NCBI GenBank assembly: GCA_009923445.1
Contig: RFTN01000005.1
Span: 1 to 53,052 of the forward strand
DNA: 53,052 bases
Source of the DNA: a bacterium
Lineage (GTDB): Bacteria; Patescibacteriota; Saccharimonadia; Saccharimonadales; SZUA-47
Direction: 5' to 3'
Below are positions 7,801 through 16,300 of the stretch, piece by piece. The notes beneath the pieces are model-generated. The model was not told the DNA's origin and searched no databases. It was given only the letters and a program-made list of their open reading frames with translations. The number at the start of each line of letters is the position of its first letter. Positions within the stretch are counted from its first letter, which is position 1. A program made the position numbers and the translations under genes.

Positions 7801-9618
7801 ATGGCTTATAGCTTCAAGGACAGCCTAGTACTGCATAATAGTCTTAAATGGTTGGACAACACGGGAACTTCGCGATCGAATGTCATAACATTAGATTCAG
7901 GAAACAACATTAATTTAGGAACAAGTTTCGGTGATATTTACTTGAATTCAAATACGACGCGAAGCAATTTCACCTTCTTGAATGTGTCAAGTGGCGGTGT
8001 ATTGGTGCCTCAACGTCTAGGAATAGGATTCTCATCAACAGATTTCAGTTGTTCATTGGCAATCGGACACGACCGGTACATTGGTTTGGACACAAATTCC
8101 GGATTTCTTGGACTTGTTGGGGGAAGCGGTTATACAAGCGGGGGTCAAATACAACTTTATAACAATTCTACCGGTGGGCACGTGTACTTGAAAAGTGGTG
8201 GGGAAATTGCATTGTTTTCTCGGGACTCTAAGAACGTAACGTTGCAAACAGATGGTTCTATTATATTTACACCTGACGGAAGTACCGTAGCATTTGCGGT
8301 GTCGGCCAAACAGATGTCTGTCAACACAAAAGTGACCATTACGGACACAACGGTGTCCTTAAATGGGTCTACAGGTGCATTAGTTGTCCTTGGTGGAATG
8401 GGTGTGACTGGCGACCTCAGTGTGACGGGTGCATTGCAAGTGTCGAGCAGTACAGGTAATATTAGCTTTGATAATACAGTGAGCAGTAGCTCGGCCACAA
8501 CCGGTACCATTCGTGTTTCAGGAGGTATTGGAATAGCTTGTAGTGCCGACGCAAGTTCTATTACATCTGGAGGAGGTTTAACGTGTAGCGGAGGTATTGC
8601 TGTGGCCAGAAAGGCATATTTTGGGGGTGCAGTTACGATTATGGATACAACGGACTCCCTTAATTCCATAACGGGCAGTTTTGTCACGTACGGAGGCATG
8701 GGTGTGAATGGGACCGTATGTGCCCGAAGCTCAGTAGCTCCACAAATACGAATTACGAATTCGGGAAATGGTAATAAGAGCACTCTTGGATTTTATGATA
8801 CAAGTAATTTAACAAATGCTCCATTAGAGATAGGGTACATGGGCTCAGGTGCATTTGGTATTGCATTTAGTACAACATCAAATGTAACTTTTTCCACAGA
8901 CGGCAGTACGGTCTTTACAGGAAATTTGGTGATGCCTCGTGGAAACTCAGAGTCTCGTCCACAAGGAGCTCAAACGGGGTCTATTCGATTTAACACAACC
9001 ACAAATCAATTTGAAGGCTACACTAATGCGACATGGGGAAGTATAAGTGGTAGTGGAAGTGCAAGTGACATATTTGGCACAACGTACTTCGCGCCTGAAT
9101 TGAGCCCTGGTTCCGGTGATGGTAATTTACGGTTTGTGACAAAAAGTCAGGAACGAATGCGTATCAATTCCGCAGGAAATGTAGGCATTGGCACTTCAAG
9201 TCCCGGTTGCACATTGGATGTTACTGGCACGTGTAATTTCCTACTTGGATTCACATCAGGAAGTAGTTACGTTGAAGGTACTTTGGATGTCCTAAATGAC
9301 AGTACATTTTACGGAGCTATAACAAATGCATCAGACATTAGGTTAAAAAAAAACATTGTTGAGCTTGACGACAAATGTATTCTCAACAAGATTGAGACAA
9401 TTCGACCCATAAAATTCAACTACAAGTACGCGAATAGTCCAACACCACACATTGGTTTTATTGCCCAAGACTTCATTCCAGACTTTCCCGAACTTACACG
9501 CTTGGTGGATGGATACTATACACTTGATTACTCTAAAGTGACCGTTGTTTTGTTGATGTGTGTCAAAGAACTTGTAAAACAAGTACGTCAATTACAAAAT
9601 GAATTGCAACGTAAATAA
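7801..9618 (+). CDS. Fibre-like beta-helix protein with a C-terminal intramolecular-chaperone (peptidase S74-like) domain
   Basis: 605 aa. It has repeated GG(M/I)G(V/I) turns (LGGMGVTGDL, SGGIGIACS, YGGMGVNG). The C-terminus, SDIRLKKNIVELDD...IRPIKFNYKY...HIGFIAQDF...LDYSKVTVVLLMCVKEL, matches the endosialidase/tail-fibre chaperone domain as I remember it. Confidence 0.8.
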   Translation: MAYSFKDSLVLHNSLKWLDNTGTSRSNVITLDSGNNINLGTSFGDIYLNSNTTRSNFTFLNVSSGGVLVPQRLGIGFSSTDFSCSLAIGHDRYIGLDTNSGFLGLVGGSGYTSGGQIQLYNNSTGGHVYLKSGGEIALFSRDSKNVTLQTDGSIIFTPDGSTVAFAVSAKQMSVNTKVTITDTTVSLNGSTGALVVLGGMGVTGDLSVTGALQVSSSTGNISFDNTVSSSSATTGTIRVSGGIGIACSADASSITSGGGLTCSGGIAVARKAYFGGAVTIMDTTDSLNSITGSFVTYGGMGVNGTVCARSSVAPQIRITNSGNGNKSTLGFYDTSNLTNAPLEIGYMGSGAFGIAFSTTSNVTFSTDGSTVFTGNLVMPRGNSESRPQGAQTGSIRFNTTTNQFEGYTNATWGSISGSGSASDIFGTTYFAPELSPGSGDGNLRFVTKSQERMRINSAGNVGIGTSSPGCTLDVTGTCNFLLGFTSGSSYVEGTLDVLNDSTFYGAITNASDIRLKKNIVELDDKCILNKIETIRPIKFNYKYANSPTPHIGFIAQDFIPDFPELTRLVDGYYTLDYSKVTVVLLMCVKELVKQVRQLQNELQRK

Positions 9619-9645
9619 AATATTGGTCTAGTGTATACAAACAGG

Positions 9646-9951
9646 ATGTCTCGTTCGTTCACAGTAGAATCTGTTTATCGTTCAGGTACTAGAAAATCAT
9701 TTTCTGGTGGTCGATACATTAGCGACACACCCAGCGGCGCTGCCAAAAAGGCCTTTTCACAAGCTTACAAGAGTCTTCGTGACAAAAGTGGACGCGTTTC
9801 CCTAGAAATTAATATACGCGAAACCACACGCGGTTCCCTTGGCAAAACATTTAGTTATCGTGTGACAAGAGTTTATGACCCTGTAGAGGTATATCGTAAA
9901 GGTGAACTTATTACATATGACTACACAACGAAAATCAAGTCTCTAAATTAA
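9646..9951 (+). CDS. Small basic hypothetical protein
   Basis: The track ORF begins on GTG at 9631 and the first ATG is at 9646 (MSRSFTVESVYRSG...). About 101 aa. Confidence 0.55.
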   Translation: MSRSFTVESVYRSGTRKSFSGGRYISDTPSGAAKKAFSQAYKSLRDKSGRVSLEINIRETTRGSLGKTFSYRVTRVYDPVEVYRKGELITYDYTTKIKSLN

Positions 9952-9982
9952 ATTACACAAGCAGTATTTCTAGTGTTGGTAA

Positions 9983-10012
9983 ATTACACAATTATTATTT
10001 TTCGTGTGTAAT
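9983..10012 (+). terminator. Hairpin ATTACACA-(14 nt)-TGTGTAAT downstream of the 9646-9951 gene
   Basis: 8-bp perfect stem located 32 nt after the stop codon. Confidence 0.25.
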
Positions 10013-10023
10013 GTAATAACACA

Positions 10024-10887
10024 ATGTCACTCTCGGAATCTCCTGCACTTTCACCAGCACCTGCACCATATGTGTCACAAACTGACAAGTTGATTCCTGT
10101 GCAAAATGTAAAGGTAAACCAACTGGGGTCATATGACATTCAAATAGATTATGATACATTGTCTCCTGTTCAGCTTGCGCGTGTTTCAAAAGTATTGGGG
10201 AGGGACACAAGTTTGTTGACAGGCTTGCAAGTGTTTCCCATGACAACGTATAGATTGTTAGTGAAGGGAGCTGTTACCGATGCCATGTTTCTCGAAAACC
10301 ATCCTAGTTTTCCTAATTACAACAAATTGCAACCCACATTTGCCTACTTGCCGGCTATTCATTTCAAAGACTCCTCCTTTTGCAACAAATTGTACAATTT
10401 GGAGAAACTGCCATTTGGGAAAATTGTGTCTGCATCGGAAAACTATGTAAATGAATTGATTCCAGACAATTATTGCTTTACCATCGATCCTCTTATATTC
10501 GATGATGACACATTGTTGCCTGTATGTGGTGTAAGTGACTACCTTACTTTTGCTCATGCACAATCTGATAAAGGTATTGATCATCCTATCACACACCGGA
10601 GAGATCTTGTTGGATACATTTACAATACAAATGACCTTAAAAAGGACCAGGACCTTTCACCTGGGGCAACTTCTGGACAGACGACTGGTTTGCGATATTA
10701 CCGCTTACGTTCTAATGCAAATAGTATGTGGATTATCTTTAGTTGCTTGGTGTTGTGCATAGCACTTGTCTTGTTGATATACAAAAATGTCAAGATTCAA
10801 GACATGTTGATGAAATATTTCAAGAACGTGTCCACAGGTGTGTCTACAGATGTGTCCACAGATGTGTCCACGGGTGTGTCCACTTGA
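10024..10887 (+). CDS. Hypothetical type I-like membrane protein with a C-terminal (V)ST(G/D) tandem repeat
   Basis: 287 aa. It has a TM segment, MWIIFSCLVLCIALVLLIY, and the tail STGVSTDVSTDVSTGVST is encoded by a 12-nt repeat at about 10828-10884. Confidence 0.75.
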   Translation: MSLSESPALSPAPAPYVSQTDKLIPVQNVKVNQLGSYDIQIDYDTLSPVQLARVSKVLGRDTSLLTGLQVFPMTTYRLLVKGAVTDAMFLENHPSFPNYNKLQPTFAYLPAIHFKDSSFCNKLYNLEKLPFGKIVSASENYVNELIPDNYCFTIDPLIFDDDTLLPVCGVSDYLTFAHAQSDKGIDHPITHRRDLVGYIYNTNDLKKDQDLSPGATSGQTTGLRYYRLRSNANSMWIIFSCLVLCIALVLLIYKNVKIQDMLMKYFKNVSTGVSTDVSTDVSTGVST

Positions 10888-10888
10888 G

Positions 10889-11512
10889 TTAGAGGTCTCC
10901 ACCAATAAGTACTTGGGTCACACTTCTATACTGACGATCACCTTTGATGTTGACATTTTTTGGAGTCTCATGTGGCATTGGGTTTTTCGAGATATCTCTT
11001 AAGTATCCAAAGTATTGTTGTATTTGTGATTGAATTTTTGGAACAGTTTCGTTGACCACAAGTTCATTCAACCGTGCTACCTCACGTGTGTACAGCTCTA
11101 AGATACTTGAATCGGTCATTCCGTCTTTTAAAAGAGGAGGGTGTTGACAGTATTCGAGAAAGATGCTTCTCATTACAACGAGGAGCTCTCTGGTGGATTG
11201 TCTATCAATGATCATATCAGACTCTCTATGGACAATAAAGCGGATTAGATCTTGGAGATTGTCGATGTTCTTTTTCGAAAAAAATAGGTCAGTCAAAAGT
11301 GTCTTTGCATGTTCTTTTTTGAATACAGACGTACTATTTATCTCGGATACATAGTTGTCATCTACAGTGAGATTCCACTTGCCATTTGTACCAGAAAAGT
11401 CTTGTTTTTGAATAGGTGAGTCCTTGAATAAATCTCTATTGTCTCTTGGAGTATCCGCCGAAGGTGATTCAAAAAAACTAGGATGCAAGTTGCTCCTCTT
11501 TAAAAAGTCCAT
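10889..11512 (-). CDS. Hypothetical protein
   Basis: 207-aa ATG ORF, convergent with and abutting the previous gene. Confidence 0.75.
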   Translation of the reverse strand: MDFLKRSNLHPSFFESPSADTPRDNRDLFKDSPIQKQDFSGTNGKWNLTVDDNYVSEINSTSVFKKEHAKTLLTDLFFSKKNIDNLQDLIRFIVHRESDMIIDRQSTRELLVVMRSIFLEYCQHPPLLKDGMTDSSILELYTREVARLNELVVNETVPKIQSQIQQYFGYLRDISKNPMPHETPKNVNIKGDRQYRSVTQVLIGGDL

Positions 11513-11571
11513 TTAGATGTACTGTAAAAATAATTTTCAGATATTTAAATTACGTGTTTAATCTAAATCGT

Positions 11572-11778
11572 ATGGAACTATTGCTGAAAAAAGCATTGTA
11601 TGTGGCTATTTTAGTAGCAATAGTGTACCTCCTAAAACCCGGACTCGCTTTCAAGCCTAATGGACAGCACAGAGAGTATGGTGTGGGCGTCGACTCACAA
11701 GGATACAAAAAGTCTGTATACACAATGTTTACGTTTGTTGTAGTAATAGTAGTGCTTGTGAACAAGTACATACAATAA
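11572..11778 (+). CDS. Small two-TM membrane protein (hypothetical)
   Basis: First ATG within the track ORF (GTG at 11554). The sequence is MELLLKKALYVAILVAIVYLL...VYTMFTFVVVIVVLV. Confidence 0.5.
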   Translation: MELLLKKALYVAILVAIVYLLKPGLAFKPNGQHREYGVGVDSQGYKKSVYTMFTFVVVIVVLVNKYIQ

Positions 11779-11802
11779 ATTAATTTGTACGCAATAGATC
11801 AA

Positions 11803-12222
11803 ATGGGAGAGAACGCTGGACCTTCCGGAGACTTCATAGTGGTTAATTCTGACGATTCTCGCACAGAATTCACAACAAGTGACGGTAAAATTATAGTTAA
11901 ACAATTTTCAGGCATTGGTACAGAAAATTTTATAATAAAAAAGTACAATGGTAAAAGCATATCATTTTCATTTTTCAAGTTGAATGGAATTTACTATGTG
12001 AATGTTAACGGTGTGCACGTCATGGACTACCACAAATTTATACATATCATCAGTATGCATCAAACTGAAACAGGTGTGACCATTAAAAACGGATATGTTG
12101 GAGAAATGTACATAGATAATTGTGATATGTCAATTATGCACAAGGCCCTCGAAACCATGGCAAAATGGAGTGCACAAAAACGATCCATTTGGCGAGACAT
12201 TGTGTACTATATTTTTAATTAA
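11803..12222 (+). CDS. Hypothetical protein
   Basis: First ATG within the track ORF (TTG at 11785). About 139 aa. Confidence 0.6.
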   Translation: MGENAGPSGDFIVVNSDDSRTEFTTSDGKIIVKQFSGIGTENFIIKKYNGKSISFSFFKLNGIYYVNVNGVHVMDYHKFIHIISMHQTETGVTIKNGYVGEMYIDNCDMSIMHKALETMAKWSAQKRSIWRDIVYYIFN

Positions 12223-12286
12223 AACAAACAGCGATGTATTTAATTAAAACAAACAGCGATGTATTTAATTAAAACAAACAGTGATA
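12214..12286. repeat. 25-bp tandem repeat x2.9 filling a convergent intergenic gap
   Basis: The unit TTTAATTAAAACAAACAGCGATGTA starts at 12214, 12239 and 12264. Each unit contains the palindrome TTAATTAA. The first unit includes the stop of the + gene, and the last abuts the stop of the - gene. Confidence 0.9.
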
Positions 12287-12568
12287 TTACATTTTTCTCA
12301 TGACAAAATAGGGCTGTTGGGTTCTTTTTACTGGCAGTGTGTATACAATTTCTCTGCCAATTTCATTAAATGGAATGCGTCCAGACATATTTTCTGAACT
12401 GTCATGGATGTATTGATTAAAAACACTTTTTATGGCATTGATGGCAGGAAACTCTGAATTATAGAGATCGATGTAACCTGACATATCCGCTCTTGGAAAT
12501 CTTTTCAATTTTCTTGCGATACTAAGAACGATTTCCACACGTTCTCCTGGTGTTCTAACATTGGTCAT
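12287..12568 (-). CDS. Hypothetical protein
   Basis: 93-aa ATG ORF that packs tightly with its neighbours. Confidence 0.6.
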   Translation of the reverse strand: MTNVRTPGERVEIVLSIARKLKRFPRADMSGYIDLYNSEFPAINAIKSVFNQYIHDSSENMSGRIPFNEIGREIVYTLPVKRTQQPYFVMRKM

Positions 12569-12594
12569 CTCTAAAGTACATTCAGAAATGATTT

Positions 12595-13095
12595 TTATAT
12601 TTTTTTCTTGGGAACTCGTTTGGGCTTTTGTTTTTGTGGTTTGTGGGCGTCTTCATACACGTACTCAATTTCATCAGCGTTTGGAAAGTTGACAAGCAAC
12701 CTTTTTGTTTGATTTCGGAGTTTGTCAGGGTTCATTGTAGGCAATTTAGTAGTAACTTTGGGTATGTGCTTATTATTATTATGTTTGACAACCCCACCCC
12801 AATCTATGTACAAGTAAAATGGTTCTATAAAGTCTACTAAATAGGATTCCTTTTCAAGTTCGCTTTTAAGAAACAAGATACACGATGACACATCATAAAG
12901 AGGGTATCCGATAAGAACTTGTGGGACCTCAAATATAATAAACGTCTTGTCTGTGTTACGATTTGTGTAGACAATTTTCTCTATACACTTGTTCAATACG
13001 ATACTGAGTATTTCGCGTTTGGATACATCTTTAATGTCTCTTATTTCCTTTAGCAATGATATACTAGGCACACTTCCGCTTCCACTTCCGGGCAT
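12595..13095 (-). CDS. Hypothetical protein with a Lys-rich C-terminus
   Basis: 166-aa ATG ORF beginning MPGSGSGS... and ending ...KPQKQKPKRVPKKKI. Confidence 0.7.
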   Translation of the reverse strand: MPGSGSGSVPSISLLKEIRDIKDVSKREILSIVLNKCIEKIVYTNRNTDKTFIIFEVPQVLIGYPLYDVSSCILFLKSELEKESYLVDFIEPFYLYIDWGGVVKHNNNKHIPKVTTKLPTMNPDKLRNQTKRLLVNFPNADEIEYVYEDAHKPQKQKPKRVPKKKI

Positions 13096-13134
13096 CTCTT
13101 GTTGTATTACATTGAGAAAAAAATTGCAAGACCA

Positions 13135-13311
13135 TCAACCCTTGTCAAACCACCTTTTTAAAATAGTAATAAATGTCTCTGGTGCTTGTTGTTGCTGGTT
13201 TTGTTGAGCTATCGATTTGTATATAAATACCACTGTTTCTTTGATAGAAACAACGCTATTTATTTCTTGTCCAATGTACATTCCAAAAACAAATACAAAT
13301 AAGCTCCACAT
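13135..13311 (-). CDS. Possible small ORF (58 aa) missing from the track
   Basis: MWSLFVFVFGMYIGQEINSVVSIKETVVFIYKSIAQQNQQQQAPETFITILKRWFDKG*. It fills an otherwise empty ~250-nt gap and has a hydrophobic N-terminus. Confidence 0.25.
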   Translation of the reverse strand: MWSLFVFVFGMYIGQEINSVVSIKETVVFIYKSIAQQNQQQQAPETFITILKRWFDKG

Positions 13312-13347
13312 TACCCTCCTAGTGTCATCTACATTGGATTCACTTTT

Positions 13348-16300
13348 TTATTGTAGTAATTTTGTTTTCAATTCAGATAAATCATCCCTCCACAAGTCAC
13401 GATCTGTTTTGGACCTGACATCATCCAACCGTGCTTGAGACTTGCCAATCATCTGTTCCAAGGATGTTATTTGCTCATCTGTAAGGGACGCTATTTGCAT
13501 CCTTGTCAAGAAATCGTATGCGCCATCCACCTTGTGATAACTTCGATCCTCAAGTTGTTTATGCACTTGGACCATTGTCTTTTTATGCACTTGGATATCT
13601 CCTGTTATGTACTCGTGAATGAATCGAGCCTTGGCCCTGAGGACTTCCAATTCTTCTTGCAACACGGAAATAAGATGCTGTCGACGCAAAGTGTAGTACC
13701 TTAACCGGATTTCAAAAAATTCCAGAAGAATATCATTCGGATCTTGATACTTCTTGAGTACTAATGACTCATTAAACAAGTACATGTTGTTTGTGGTAAA
13801 TGACTTGACCAACTTTAGTTCCTTTTCAAGTTCACCAGACACTACGAGATGATCTAGGTCAGCTGCATTCTTGAATTCAACTATGAAAAGAATGTCATCG
13901 TTCTCATCCCGTGTCTTGTTCTGTACATCCTTTAACTCGAACTTTTTCTTTTTGTCCTTTGGCTTATTTGTTTTGCTTGTACCTTCAATAAGTGATTCCA
14001 AAAACTCCTTGTAAATAGTCACACCCATGCCAACAGGGATCTCTGTGATCTTGATTTGCTTGTCAGACAACCTTTCCCACTTGCCCTTTGTCACATACAT
14101 ACCCTTGTCAACTTCCTCTACTATGCCATTAAACCCATTAAAATATGGTTTCAATGAGAGCGGCTTGTAGTCATCCTTGTCAATCAATTGTAGTAAGGTA
14201 TTGATGATGTCGACCGGATTAAAACTTGGTATGTATGTAGAATATCCTGTACCAATGCCTTCGCATCCATTCACCAATACCATGGGAATAATTGGTATGT
14301 ACCATTCGGGCTCAATAGACACCCCATCATCATCTAAAAAGTTCAATAGTGGAGTATCATTGGGGTTGAAAATACATTGTGTAATGTCACAAAGTCTTGT
14401 GTAAATGTACCTTGGACTTGCCGCATCTTTTCCGTGCTGTAATCGACTGTTATGTGTAATGATAAAATTGTTTAATAGAAATCTTTCATTTCCATCCAAT
14501 TGCCAACCATTGAACTGTCCATTGTTGACACACTCTACTTTAAAAGAGTTAATGTATGCATTGGCCACTCTAGAATAACTGCTAATTTGTTTTCTCTTAA
14601 CACGTGTAGGAATTGTATCCAAATTGTCCCCATAGATGTTAATCACTGATAACACAGTTGATTCACCTTCTTTAGTAAGGTTTGCTTCACCAACTGTAGT
14701 TCTAAATCCTAGAGAATTGCACAAGAATTCTATGGATTTTATAATATGATGTCGCAACCTTTTACTTTGGCAAATTTCAACTATTGGTACATTGTTTGTT
14801 GTGTCATACGTAACCGTTCCATCCGTATCAATAATACCTGCCAAGAGCTGTAATCTAACATCCTTTGAGTTAACAATGTATTCAATGGGAATATGCTTAT
14901 CATTTAAGAAGTTGCATTTCCTCTGCAACAATTTGTCGTGATTTTCCAAATCAACCTTGTCATGGGTAAGTTCACAATTTATACTATCCATATATGTAAC
15001 CCATTCTCTTAAAATTTCCTCGTCTATTGTTGTAATACCAGAACCATTACTGTTGCCGTCGCCTATCCAAGTACCAAGAATATATGGATTTATAGGAACC
15101 TCTTTACTTTCCCAGTCAATACAAGAGGAGTTGTTTATGGAATAGAATTTGCTTTTAGTTGAACTTGGTAGTTGCAAGAAATCATCCACTTTTATATCTA
15201 TTATACCATCGTCTGGTGAATCAACAGTATCAATGAATTGCTTTAGTTTGTCATGTGCCTCTTGTTTGGTTAGTGTAGACTTGTTGTAATGCTCATGTTC
15301 GGAAGATTCGCAGGTAGACATACTTTTGTGGCATTCTTTCATTTTTGTAGTATCAAAGTATGATACGCGCCAATACTTTCCGGACTCTTTCCATTGAATA
15401 ACTTTGTTATTAGCAAATTTTAATGTAAGAATATGCTTGCTATTTACTGTGTAGCTATCGTTTTTATTTGTTGTTATCTTGTACATGGTATCGACACCAC
15501 TCGTAGTTTGAAGAACTGTTCTAATTGTACCATCATCTCCAATTAGTTTATCACCAACAATAACGTCTCTTGCCTTTTTGAATGTGCCATTCCATAGTAG
15601 TATCTCTGTGTTTGGGTCCAAACATCCGAAATTCCCATCAGGGTACAGCAAATTGATATTGTTTGATCCTACAAATCTCTGGGCCATGTTGATAATTGCT
15701 CCCTGTAACGACGCCTCTCCGTGATGATAAGCAGTCTCTGCTGAAACATAACCTGACAACTGTGCCACCTTGATCAACTGCGTCTTGGATTTTTTCAACA
15801 TATAGTACAAGATCTTTCGTTGAGAAGGCTTCAAACCGTCACACAAACTTGGAATAGAACGTAAGTTGTCGTAAATAGAAAAGTGGATGAGCTCCTTGTT
15901 GATGAGGTCTTGATAGCTCACACGTTTTTGGTTCATGTCCAAATACACATCTCTGTCATATTCTGACAACCACCGTTTACGTTTGTCTGTGCACTTGTCG
16001 GTGGATTTGTTGTTCTTGTCCTTGTCGAACGCTAATAAAATAGACTCGTCACATCGCTTGTCCTTGTAGTAATAGTCGACCTTGAGCTCTTCAAGTCGCT
16101 TAAATGTGTCTTTGGCATCCTCCTTTTTGGACGTGCCCAACCCCTTAAAGTACCTGATTTGGTACCCATTCAGGCTGACTCCAGAGTTTTTCCATTTAAT
16201 GTAGTCCTGCTCCGTGAAAAACTCAACCACTTGTTTGCCCTTGATGGCCTTGACAATCGGTGTCTTCAAGGTTTGTATGTAGTCCAACTTTATCAAACTT

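Noticed and set aside
8157-8783. A long antisense ORF (208 aa, Pro/Val-rich) inside the 7801-9618 fibre gene. Similar antisense ORFs occur inside the other fibre genes (19607-20138, 20327-20665, 21167-21700, 22466-23467, 37608-38006, 38244-38495, 39111-39467, 39993-40376, 40818-41117).
   Set aside because: These are shadow ORFs created by the Gly/Thr/Val-rich codon bias of the sense strand (GGN/ACN read in reverse gives Pro/Val). The sense ORFs are far longer and carry the conserved repeat architecture.
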